From a virus (taxonomy: Duplodnaviria; Caudoviricetes), in IMG/VR virus record IMGVR_UViG_3300020369_000001, positions 8,840 to 72,839 of that record: a DNA stretch of 64,000 bases; one strand, given 5' to 3'. The notes beneath the pieces are model-generated. The model saw nothing but the letters and a program-made list of their open reading frames with translations. It had not been told where the DNA came from and ran no database searches. The translations under genes and the position numbers were made by a program. Shown here piece after piece: positions 8,029 through 17,023 of this stretch (position 1 is the stretch's first letter; each line of letters starts with the position of its first letter).

Positions 8029-10722
8029 TTATGCTTCGCAAGCCACGCAGTCATCCTTACGGCCCGTAGCAAGTTGTTTAGAGGCGTTCAAGTTGTATTG
8101 GTAGTAGAGTGATACAACACCACGTTCCCAAGCATAATACATAAGACTGTTAATCTCTTTCACAGGCATACTTGGATGAACCATGATATTCAAAGACTGG
8201 CTCTGGTCATAATATACCTGACGATCAGCGGCGTGGTCAATAATTTCTTTAGGACTGATTTCTTGCATTGTCTTGAACACATTCTTTTCATGTTCACTCA
8301 AGAAGTCCAGATGCTGAACACTGCCATCATTTTTAGAAATGCTGTCCCAAACGTCAGGTGTGTCCTTGCCATATTCTTGCAAAAGCTTTTCCAATGCTGA
8401 ACTTTTAACTTCTACCTTGAGCTTTGCAAAATCAGCAATGTAATAGTTAGAGAATAGTGGCTCAATACCCTGCGACACACCGCCAGCCAAAAGACTTGAA
8501 GACTTTGTAGGGGCGCACGCCATGAGCGTTGTGTTACGTCTCCCATACCCTTCAAGCACTTCAGGTTCACCAAACAATCCTGCAAGCTCTTTAGAAGCCT
8601 TGTAAGCCTTCTCTTCAATAACCTTATGGACTTCTTTGTTCAATTCTCTTGCTTCTTCAGACTCAAAAGGGATCATCTTGTCTTGAAGCATTGTGTGGTA
8701 AGCTAGTACGCCCATTCCGAGCGCTCTGTGACGCTTCATAAAACGATATGCACGCTTCATAAAAAAGAATGTTGTTTCCTTTTCATGGTCTTCAGAATCC
8801 CGCATAGCTTCAAGTTTCTCAAGGCTTTCTGTAACTACTGAGTCAAGGAAGTACACAAGTGTTTCTACAGCATCCGTGTCTTTCCAATCATCATACTTCT
8901 TCAAGTTCATTGATGAAAGCACGCACACAAAGCTCTCTTCATTGTTTGAAGGCAGTGATATTTCCGAGCATTGGCCTGTCAAAATACCGTTAAACATACC
9001 CATTCCACGTTTACTTTCAGTGAAACAGTAGGTGTTGTCATAACGCCCCTCATCAATAACTTCTACCACTTTGTTGAAGTGGCTGCATTCACGGTTCCCA
9101 CGATAACTGTAGTCAAGATTAAGGCGGCTAAATTTTATACCTAAATCTACAAGCTTGCCTACTTCATGTTGACCGAGCAATAATCTCCAAGCTTCTTGGC
9201 AATAGAACGCTTTATTCTCACCAGAACCATCATTAGCAGGCATCATCCTTTCACCAGCATCGGCAGCATGGTTGATACGTGAGTTTACCCCAAGCGTTTG
9301 CAGCATCATTTGAACATCTTGCAAAAACCCTTTGTTAATACTCCCCAGTTGCAAGGATTGTGTCTTTCCATTTCTGGCGATTGTCCCATCAGAATCGAAT
9401 ATACCTGCTAACCATTCTAAACGACTTTCTACAGTATAGTCATGGGTAGGCACAAAGAACTTATCTTTCAATACATCGCTGTGACCATACTCCCGGTTCA
9501 AGTTGTCTTGAACATACCAATTTTTAAAGATGTCTCCAAGCCGTTCTTTTACAGCATTGAGTCTTTTGTCGTGGTAGAGGTAAATGCGTTTTCCGTCAGC
9601 AGTTAAGCAGCCATCGCCAGTATAGAAACCGTTTGCGTAAGCGTTGTCTAGGACTTCGGAACCCTCTACGACAGGCAAAGAGTCAAACTTAATCAGCTTA
9701 TCACCGGTTTGCAAGTCCTGTGCGCGCTTTTCAATCACTTTACTACAACTGTAGGAAGTCTGCACATAGAACTTGTGGTAAGGTGTACATTCTAGTTCCA
9801 ATCCATTAGAAGTAATAACCTTTACAAGCTTCTGGTTATCCCCTGTCCTTCGAACTGTAGTTTCAGACCACTCTTTACCATTCCATACTTGTACATCTTC
9901 ATTTTCTAATTCGGCAATTTCGATATAACCTTCAGAAGTTAAGATTTTAGTCTCGGGGGATACACAAAGATTACTAGAGTGAATATCCATACCCTTGTCT
10001 TTGTAGACTTCTGGTTTATTTCGATTTGCGTTATCCAACCACACCAAGTACGGAAAGCCTATCTCTCCACGAACTTTCAAAGTTTTCGCCCAAATCTTAC
10101 GGTTCCGCTTATCTCTTTCAGTCTCCCCGCGTTTAACAGATTCCATAAATTCATCTGAAACAGTGACGCCTGTAGTAACATCTTGGATCAAATTCCCGTC
10201 GCGTGCAATCTCTAAAAACTCTTCTGCGTCCGCGTGCTCAAGACTCAGATAGGGTGCTACCCGACCCCTTCGCTGCGAACCTTGGGAGATTACATCAGTA
10301 ACCTGTTCGAAGAGTCGTGCAAAATGTACTGCTCCAGAAGTCTTTCCATTATTGGTAATGTCGCTACCCCTTGGTCGAATAGGTGTTAGATTAACTGACG
10401 TGCCACCGCCAAGTTTTGACATAATACCAATCTCAGACTGTGTAAAAAGAATGTCTGGAATGCTGTCTTCACAGTGACTGTTAAAACATGAGATAGGCAA
10501 CCCACGATCTTCACGGCCATAGTTTGCCCATACAGGACTCGACAAGCTATAGAAACCCTTTGCCATGTAGTCATACATCTTGTTAGAGAATCCTTCTAAC
10601 CCAAGACGTTTCTCAGCAGCATCGCAAATATCTCGGATACGTCCTTCGGCAGTTTCTCCCTCTAATGTGTATCCAGACTGTAGAAATTTACGTGAGTTTT
10701 CGTTCAACCATTCAAATGACAT
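8029..10722 (-). CDS. nrdA: Class I ribonucleotide reductase alpha subunit (no ATP cone), interrupted by an intein
   Basis: LPISCF, GGGTS, SNLC//SEI, CAPTKSSS, SQSLN, C-terminal CVACEA. Confidence 0.95.
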   Translation of the reverse strand: MSFEWLNENSRKFLQSGYTLEGETAEGRIRDICDAAEKRLGLEGFSNKMYDYMAKGFYSLSSPVWANYGREDRGLPISCFNSHCEDSIPDILFTQSEIGIMSKLGGGTSVNLTPIRPRGSDITNNGKTSGAVHFARLFEQVTDVISQGSQRRGRVAPYLSLEHADAEEFLEIARDGNLIQDVTTGVTVSDEFMESVKRGETERDKRNRKIWAKTLKVRGEIGFPYLVWLDNANRNKPEVYKDKGMDIHSSNLCVSPETKILTSEGYIEIAELENEDVQVWNGKEWSETTVRRTGDNQKLVKVITSNGLELECTPYHKFYVQTSYSCSKVIEKRAQDLQTGDKLIKFDSLPVVEGSEVLDNAYANGFYTGDGCLTADGKRIYLYHDKRLNAVKERLGDIFKNWYVQDNLNREYGHSDVLKDKFFVPTHDYTVESRLEWLAGIFDSDGTIARNGKTQSLQLGSINKGFLQDVQMMLQTLGVNSRINHAADAGERMMPANDGSGENKAFYCQEAWRLLLGQHEVGKLVDLGIKFSRLNLDYSYRGNRECSHFNKVVEVIDEGRYDNTYCFTESKRGMGMFNGILTGQCSEISLPSNNEESFVCVLSSMNLKKYDDWKDTDAVETLVYFLDSVVTESLEKLEAMRDSEDHEKETTFFFMKRAYRFMKRHRALGMGVLAYHTMLQDKMIPFESEEARELNKEVHKVIEEKAYKASKELAGLFGEPEVLEGYGRRNTTLMACAPTKSSSLLAGGVSQGIEPLFSNYYIADFAKLKVEVKSSALEKLLQEYGKDTPDVWDSISKNDGSVQHLDFLSEHEKNVFKTMQEISPKEIIDHAADRQVYYDQSQSLNIMVHPSMPVKEINSLMYYAWERGVVSLYYQYNLNASKQLATGRKDDCVACEA
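8971..9966 (-). mobile_element. Intein (332 aa) with LAGLIDADG endonuclease, inserted just before the NrdA catalytic Cys
   Basis: Starts CVSPETKILT; LECTPYHKF (block B); NGFYTGDG and WLAGIFDSDG (LAGLIDADG); NTYCFTE...FNGILTGQ followed by CSEI. Confidence 0.92.
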
Positions 10723-10738
10723 TATTAAATATCTCCTA

Positions 10739-11971
10739 TTAAAACAAGTCGTCTTCAGTAAATGACTTATTAACCTTGGTGTAGTTTACGTTCTTACGTG
10801 CAAAGAAATCAGGATTGGTGGTACTGTTCACCTGAATTTCAAACCACTGGAACTTCTCTTTCGTCTTATCTTGTACTTCAAAAACCTCTGGGAAACCGAT
10901 CATTTCCATGCTCTTGTTGAAACGCCAACGTAGATAATCTTTGACTTCTTCTTTTGAAACAAAATCTAAATCGCCACCTTCAAAAATCCAATCCAAAATC
11001 TCACTTTCTGCATCCATACTGACTTTGCAAGCATCATGAGTATCTTGAACAAGCGCCTCAGTAAACCAATCAGGATTCTCTTCTTTGATCGTGTTGATGA
11101 TCTCGGCACCAAACATGGCGTGAACGCTCTCATCACAAGCAGAGCTTTGAACAACATTGCTAATGCCTACCAGCATATTCTTGTAGTTGTCAAAGCATGA
11201 CATAATCAAGAATTGCCCAAACAATGATACATTCTCAACAAACATTGAGAAGAGCAACACTGAACGCATGAACTCTTTGTTGCTTGAATCATTGGGTGAT
11301 ACAAAACGCTTTAGGTATTCTTGCCGCTTACGAAGACAATCAATGTTATCAAGGTCTTCAAAAAGCTCATTCATCCCAAGGTACTCTAAAAGCTGTGAAT
11401 AAGCTGTTGCGTGGATAGATTCGTTGTTACTGAAAGCTGCTCCTACATCTGCCACTTCAGGCTTGGGTAAACGGTCGTAAAGTTTTCCCCAGAAGGTTTT
11501 CACAAACCTCGCTTCAATCTGTGAAATAGCCAGCATTGTCCGTTGGATTACTTGGCGTTCATTCTCACTTAGTTCTGAATGATACTCTTGGATAGACGCT
11601 GTGAAGTTAAACTCATCGACTACCCAGAACGCTTGGTGTACAGCATCCATGTACTGCTTAAAATGCGGATACTCAAACGGTTTGTAGTTCTCCCTTGGTC
11701 GAAAAATGTCAGGTTCATGTGCTTTCCGATAAGTAACATACTCTCTCGCAACGTCAAAAGCCTTAGCGTTCATAATACCGTCTTCAACAAGTTTATGAAC
11801 CGTATCAACACTCACAATATCTTCTTCAATATTCTTCTTCACATACCGTACAACCTTATCTTGCAGCTTATCATCTTCATAGTCAGTCCGTGACATTGCT
11901 TTACCAACGGCTGCTTTAATCTTCTCACCATCAAAACTTACAACGTCACCATTACGCTTCAATACTTGCAT
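10739..11971 (-). CDS. nrdB: Ribonucleotide reductase beta subunit with N-terminal ATP-cone fusion (class Id / NrdBi-like)
   Basis: MQVLKRNGDVVSFDGEKIKAAV (ATP cone); KPFEYP, MLAISQIE, VKTFW, LPKPE, ESIH, ENVSLF, DESVH. Confidence 0.9.
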   Translation of the reverse strand: MQVLKRNGDVVSFDGEKIKAAVGKAMSRTDYEDDKLQDKVVRYVKKNIEEDIVSVDTVHKLVEDGIMNAKAFDVAREYVTYRKAHEPDIFRPRENYKPFEYPHFKQYMDAVHQAFWVVDEFNFTASIQEYHSELSENERQVIQRTMLAISQIEARFVKTFWGKLYDRLPKPEVADVGAAFSNNESIHATAYSQLLEYLGMNELFEDLDNIDCLRKRQEYLKRFVSPNDSSNKEFMRSVLLFSMFVENVSLFGQFLIMSCFDNYKNMLVGISNVVQSSACDESVHAMFGAEIINTIKEENPDWFTEALVQDTHDACKVSMDAESEILDWIFEGGDLDFVSKEEVKDYLRWRFNKSMEMIGFPEVFEVQDKTKEKFQWFEIQVNSTTNPDFFARKNVNYTKVNKSFTEDDLF

Positions 11972-11986
11972 TATTATCCCCTATTC

Positions 11987-12322
11987 TTAAAACCCAGTAT
12001 CTTCGGTGGAATGATAGGGGCAATTCATATTGTAAACCCTTCGATCAGTCCCTACCAATTCTTCATTATCAATCTTAGGGCATGTACAGCCCTTCAGATA
12101 AAATTCATACTTCCACATAGAAGGGTTCTCTTCAAAACCCCAACAGTATTGTAAAGTGTATTCAATCTGACGAACCCTCTCAAGCGCTTTATGGTAACTG
12201 TCTGTGAACATCTCAGGTCTTGTTAAGGTGCTGTACATCCGTTTGTACAAGACTTCAAGAAGTTTGATACGTTCTTCTGAAAGACCTTTAGACTCTGCTA
12301 AGGCATAGTTCATGTGAATCAT
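11987..12322 (-). CDS. Hypothetical protein with CTCP...CPYH metal-binding motif
   Basis: In operon, Cys/His motif. Confidence 0.5.
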   Translation of the reverse strand: MIHMNYALAESKGLSEERIKLLEVLYKRMYSTLTRPEMFTDSYHKALERVRQIEYTLQYCWGFEENPSMWKYEFYLKGCTCPKIDNEELVGTDRRVYNMNCPYHSTEDTGF

Positions 12323-12324
12323 GT

Positions 12325-12543
12325 TCAGTCCTCATTCATAGCCTCAATGGCTTTGTTCTGATACCAGATACCCTTTTTCAAATCTTCTTCGTTATCCCAT
12401 TTATCACGCCAAAGGTATTTGATAGAAGTGCCTTTACAGTATGCTATAAAACCTTCTTTACCAAGTGCTGCACGGATAGCATCAATACATTCGATACCAT
12501 TATCAGATTGGTAATGTGGAGGGTGGTTTACCATGTCTGTCAT
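12325..12543 (-). CDS. DUF3310 (SaV-like) protein
   Basis: DMVNHPPHY...IECIDAI...KYLWR...EDLKKGIWY. Confidence 0.85.
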   Translation of the reverse strand: MTDMVNHPPHYQSDNGIECIDAIRAALGKEGFIAYCKGTSIKYLWRDKWDNEEDLKKGIWYQNKAIEAMNED

Positions 12544-13025
12544 TACAAGTTACCTTTGATAATGTCTGTAAGTTTTCCTTCAGGTTGCTCGAATGTGTTG
12601 CCTTTTAAAATCTTGCACCCACCTGTCTCAACAACCTTTCCAACAACTCGGTAAGCGTCTTCACCAACCTTTTCATATTTTACATCGGTGTAACGTGGAT
12701 CGTCAATATAATTCTCAACAGATTTCTTAGCATCTTCTTCAGTTGTTGGGAACTTTGATAAATTTGCTTCATTGACAACTGACAATGCTAATTCTAATTG
12801 CTGACGTGTTAATCCTGCTCGGTAAGAAATCCCAACAGCCGTCACAATAATATCTACAACTCCATCCAAAACACCTGTCATATCACCATCACGGTTAGCT
12901 TCTACAGTCTCACGAACCTCCTCTTGAGCAAGGTTGATAGCTTGTCGAATATTCTCGTAAGAATCATCAATAGGTGTGTTTCCATATTCATTGAACTTGT
13001 AGATTGATTCAAAGTGTGTGTTCAT
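12543..13025 (-). CDS. MazG-like / all-alpha NTP pyrophosphohydrolase
   Basis: EEVRE...GVLDGVVDIIV...VNEANLSK...KILKG. Confidence 0.75.
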   Translation of the reverse strand: MNTHFESIYKFNEYGNTPIDDSYENIRQAINLAQEEVRETVEANRDGDMTGVLDGVVDIIVTAVGISYRAGLTRQQLELALSVVNEANLSKFPTTEEDAKKSVENYIDDPRYTDVKYEKVGEDAYRVVGKVVETGGCKILKGNTFEQPEGKLTDIIKGNL

Positions 13026-13028
13026 TGG

Positions 13029-13459
13029 TTATTCTCCCATCAATACAGCTTTTGCAAGTTTATCTTCATTCTGACTTATCAAGTCTCCCTCTTCCCATGC
13101 TTCGTACATGTGGTAAATAGTACCATCTGTTCCAAGAGTAATCTCTTCAATCATATCAAAAGGAAGATAATCATGGTCATTACCACGTTCCACCAACAGC
13201 AAATTCGGATTAAGTTTTTCAAGTTTCTTTATAGCATCTTTTACTCGCATTTTGTCTTTACTCCGTAGTCACTTGGCATTGCTTCTAAAAGTCCATCCAT
13301 AATATCGCCTATAACTTCTTTGTGCGCAAGGTAATTAATAAATAATTCTTCATCACCTCCAATATTGTACACAATATTCTTCATAACGGCTACAACATAA
13401 TCAGTCAGATTGTCAATCGCTTCGTAGCGTTCGTCAGCTTGGATGTCTTCAATTTCCAT
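13029..13459 (-). CDS. Two small acidic hypothetical proteins (13029-13250 and 13241-13459)
   Basis: Tightly packed, with SD-like GGAG upstream of ATG 13459. Confidence 0.5.
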
Positions 13460-13472
13460 TTCAAATCTCCTA

Positions 13473-13748
13473 TCAATGATCTTCAAGATATAGAGCAGCT
13501 TTACGAAGCAACTCAGGATTGTCTTGGAAGTTAGCAATGCCCCAGTTGCAATACTTGCAAATAAGACCTCTATTGTGCGTCTTATCATGGCAATGGTCAA
13601 GATTGAGAGTTCCGACCTCTTCCTCATGTCTCTCACAAATCATACAACGATTTTTGCAACCTTGCAAGAGGGTTTCGTAAAGTTTTAGAGATAATCCGTA
13701 GCGTCGTCCAATATCTGATTTAAGTTTCTTACGGCATTTGTAGGCCAC
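13473..13748 (-). CDS. Endonuclease VII-like His-Me nuclease
   Basis: CMICE...LNLDHCHD...RGLICKYCNWGIANFQDNPELLRKAALYL. Confidence 0.9.
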   Translation of the reverse strand: MAYKCRKKLKSDIGRRYGLSLKLYETLLQGCKNRCMICERHEEEVGTLNLDHCHDKTHNRGLICKYCNWGIANFQDNPELLRKAALYLEDH

Positions 13749-13763
13749 TTGTCAAGCTCCTTG

Positions 13764-14264
13764 TTAATATTCCTGTTTAGTCTTCACAGCAATCCAGTAA
13801 GCATCTGCTAAGTCTTCCCTGCCCTGAGCTTTGGTAACTACGGAGAACATCTTCTGAACACGTTCTGGTAAAGCATTGAACATATCTTCTTTAGAAGCCT
13901 TGCCTGAACCTGTTGCAATCTTTTTAATGGCGCTTGGTGTGTAAAGTTGCGGGTCATGCCCATCTTCTCTAAGAGCATTGACAATCATATATTGAAGCCC
14001 TGCCAAAGTCTGCAAAGTTGAACCCCGCATGCCAAATGCTAAATTTTCTATACCGATTGCAAAAGATTCCGCATCACTATATTCATCAATCGTGCGGATA
14101 ACATTTGCAATGGATTCCGCAGCATTCTTTGAACGTGTGAAGTAATCGCCGTCATCTTTTAAAGTCTGGACAACTTCAAACTTAACAACGTTGTCTTCAT
14201 TGTCCAATACGACAATTCCAGAATTTCGATAAGACTGGTCAATACCTACGTAATAAATGTTCAT
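13764..14264 (-). CDS. RuvC-like Holliday junction resolvase
   Basis: YVGIDQS, IGIE, IKKIATGSGKASKEDM, DLADAY. Confidence 0.85.
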   Translation of the reverse strand: MNIYYVGIDQSYRNSGIVVLDNEDNVVKFEVVQTLKDDGDYFTRSKNAAESIANVIRTIDEYSDAESFAIGIENLAFGMRGSTLQTLAGLQYMIVNALREDGHDPQLYTPSAIKKIATGSGKASKEDMFNALPERVQKMFSVVTKAQGREDLADAYWIAVKTKQEY

Positions 14265-14267
14265 GTT

Positions 14268-15215
14268 CTATTCCTCCTTTGGAATTTGGTACTCTTCTCC
14301 CTTCTTCCTCCACATATATGCTAAGCGAAGATTCTCTAACATGATTTCTTCAGCAGTCTTGGTAACTTCTTTTCCGTCCCATGTTGTGTAGGTGTACTCG
14401 TCACCAAAGTAATTACGATAAGCTTCTACAGATTTATCATACATTTGCCGCTCTGTAGTACATCCTTCAAGAATCTTTTTAGCTTTCACCTTCCCAATCC
14501 CAGGGACACCTTCATAATTATCCACACTCATATCGCCAGCGAGTGTTTGGATGAAGAGCCACTCTAAACCCTCTTCCGGTGTGATATATCGGAATTGATC
14601 TTTAACCCAATCGTAATGGTGAAGAGGTGCCTGATAAACATCTTTATCTAAATTGGCCGCAACCGCCTTCAAACCTTTTCGATAACAACTCCAAAGACCT
14701 ACCGATAAAACATCATCGCACTCAATATAATCTACAGGTTTTGCACCATGTGTTTGCATCAAGTGTTCGGTAACGGCGTCAATCCAACGAGGTTTTTCCA
14801 TCTTCTCTCTGCTGCCTTTGTACTTATGGATAGTTGAGATTGATAGCCTGTAAGTGTCATTACCTGTTAAGTGCAACTTATACTCATCAGCAGGACAGTT
14901 CTTTTTGATGTGTTCGATAATAAGGTCACATGCGTTCAATGCCTGTCCACGTTCCCCGACTACTTTCTCAGGTTCTTTGTAATACCCTGCTGTGTCAACC
15001 ATCAAGAACTCTTCTAATTCTTGTAAGTGATCTTTAGCAGCCTTAGCAGAATCAAAACGGTCAATATGGTTTCCTTCAGCGTCGTACAAATGCCAATAAG
15101 TTTTCTCTGCTGCAAAGCTACTACGATACTTTATCAAGTCGCAGTCAATGAAACATACATCAAACTTCTCAGGAACATCTTCTTTAGCAATTATTGCCAT
15201 ACCCACTTCTCCCAA
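14268..15215 (-). CDS. 5'-3' exonuclease (T7 gp6/FEN-like)
   Basis: FIDCD, ECDDVL, DKD, GDMSVDNYEGVPGIGKVKA (H3TH). Confidence 0.85.
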   Translation of the reverse strand: MGEVGMAIIAKEDVPEKFDVCFIDCDLIKYRSSFAAEKTYWHLYDAEGNHIDRFDSAKAAKDHLQELEEFLMVDTAGYYKEPEKVVGERGQALNACDLIIEHIKKNCPADEYKLHLTGNDTYRLSISTIHKYKGSREKMEKPRWIDAVTEHLMQTHGAKPVDYIECDDVLSVGLWSCYRKGLKAVAANLDKDVYQAPLHHYDWVKDQFRYITPEEGLEWLFIQTLAGDMSVDNYEGVPGIGKVKAKKILEGCTTERQMYDKSVEAYRNYFGDEYTYTTWDGKEVTKTAEEIMLENLRLAYMWRKKGEEYQIPKEE

Positions 15216-15264
15216 AGAAATAAAAAGGGCAACCTGTCAAAGCTGCCCTTCTGTAAATTAACCC

Positions 15265-16020
15265 TTAATAAAGCTCATCATCCTCTTCGCCAAAGTCAGG
15301 CTGTTCATCTGGCTCAAAAGGTGGTTCTTGTTGGACATCTGAATCCTCTGAAGGCTTGCCAGCATTTTCAGGAACCTCTGCTAACTCAATGTCACCTCCA
15401 AAGAAATCTTGTTCTTCTTCAGACATCTTATTACCACTACCTGAACCTTCATACTCAACAAGTTCTTCGACAAGCATTTTATCAGGGTATGATGACACAC
15501 CATAAGAACCCTGGTCTGCATAGCGCAGCAATAAGTTTACGACTGAACCATTTCCAACTAACTTTTCAAAAGTAATGTCAACATTCTTACCATCAATCTT
15601 CTGGATTGCGCGTGGTTGAAGTTGTGTCAAAGGCGTACCATCCCGCTTCTGACAACGCTGTGCCTTCTTAATTACAAAGAACTTCTTTTGTGAAGGATCA
15701 AGATTAGCTTCTCGGAACTTATCATCGTCAATGTCACCCTCATCATCTACAAGGCGAAACTTCTTAGCAGCTTGTGCTTTAGAAAGCTTCTTAGAAGACT
15801 GTTTATCGCTTACTGTCTCGTCGTAGGCGTCTGCTGTGTCTTCATCAACAACAATCTCTACAGTCCATTCGAAGTTCTTCTGCTGAGCCTTGGGTAAATC
15901 TTTCTCATCGTAGATTACAGCAGGCTCTTTGAACTTCGTGTAGAAGGCTACACCACCCATAATAGCTGCTTTCTCGATGTTGCCTTTCTTAGCCTGTTTG
16001 ATGATCTTGAATTCGCTCAT
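15265..16020 (-). CDS. Single-stranded DNA-binding protein (T7 gp2.5-like)
   Basis: LVGNGSVVN motif, highly acidic C-terminal tail ending in an aromatic residue. Confidence 0.6.
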   Translation of the reverse strand: MSEFKIIKQAKKGNIEKAAIMGGVAFYTKFKEPAVIYDEKDLPKAQQKNFEWTVEIVVDEDTADAYDETVSDKQSSKKLSKAQAAKKFRLVDDEGDIDDDKFREANLDPSQKKFFVIKKAQRCQKRDGTPLTQLQPRAIQKIDGKNVDITFEKLVGNGSVVNLLLRYADQGSYGVSSYPDKMLVEELVEYEGSGSGNKMSEEEQDFFGGDIELAEVPENAGKPSEDSDVQQEPPFEPDEQPDFGEEDDELY

Positions 16021-16217
16021 TTGTGTAAATCTCCTGTGTAGTTTATTTAAAGCTGGATGTTAAAGTTGATCGGTTGAATGTCCATTGTACCTTCAAGTTC
16101 CTGCTGATGCAACTGCTCAAGTACCTCCGCAATATCCTCAACACTCCCTTCAAACGTATGCTCAACAGTTTCAAAGCTTTCACCAACATGCGTGCTTACC
16201 GAATGTGTATAAATCAT

Positions 16218-16448
16218 TTATCCAATCTCCATATTCATGTCTAATTTGTTAAACTTACTCTGTCTTTTCAACCGTTCATCACGCTGCTTACGACGTTCTT
16301 TCGGATCACTGATTTTCTTTGAATCGCCTCGTCCATATTCTTTGTTAGTTACCTTTTCAAAAAGTGTCTCAGGGTGTTCCTCATAAGACTCTTCAAGTTC
16401 TTCAAGATATGCCTTATCAATCTTACCAGCTTGGATATTCATGGTCAA
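16218..16448 (-). CDS. Hypothetical protein
   Basis: ORF with SD in a co-directional run. Confidence 0.45.
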   Translation of the reverse strand: MTMNIQAGKIDKAYLEELEESYEEHPETLFEKVTNKEYGRGDSKKISDPKERRKQRDERLKRQSKFNKLDMNMEIG

Positions 16449-16667
16449 TCCTTAATTACTTTAAATGTTTCAGTGCTTGTGTACTTTCATTATTCAACAA
16501 CAGCGAGTTTCAAAGATACTTCTTTACCAATCTCATGTAAAGCACAGTTAAATGGGTCAATATCATTATTCGAACAGAGTTCTTGGATGCTGTCTAAAGT
16601 CCCTATGTAAGCTCCATCAGATTCAGTGAAGATTACGTATTTAGTGTCGTTCATTTTTAGTCACCTC

Positions 16668-16907
16668 TTAATGTTTGTTAAGCAACTCTTCAGCAGCTTG
16701 CCAAATCTTTTCTTTCTTAGCACGTTCCTCAGCAACAGCGTTTTTGTGAAAGAGCTTGGCAATTTGTTTAATATCTGCCTTACTGTATTCTTCAGAGTCT
16801 TCAGCAGCGGTTTCACAGATGTCTTTGATAGAGTCTTCGATAGAATCTTGTTGCAAAAGGAGTTTTGAAATTTCAATAGCAGCGTTTTCGATTTTCTGGT
16901 CAAGCAT
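16668..16907 (-). CDS. Small helical dsDNA-binding protein (T4 DsbA/GapR-like)
   Basis: 79 aa, DSIKDI...KADIKQIAKLFHK pattern. Confidence 0.45.
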   Translation of the reverse strand: MLDQKIENAAIEISKLLLQQDSIEDSIKDICETAAEDSEEYSKADIKQIAKLFHKNAVAEERAKKEKIWQAAEELLNKH

Positions 16908-17023
16908 TTTGTCTAGTTCCTTTTAATGTTGGTTGGTGTGCGTAGCTGTTTCACAAAGGATTAAGAAGTGATTTCCTAACCCTGTGTAGTTATCTTATCA
17001 AAGGTGGTTGCGGAGGTCAAGGG

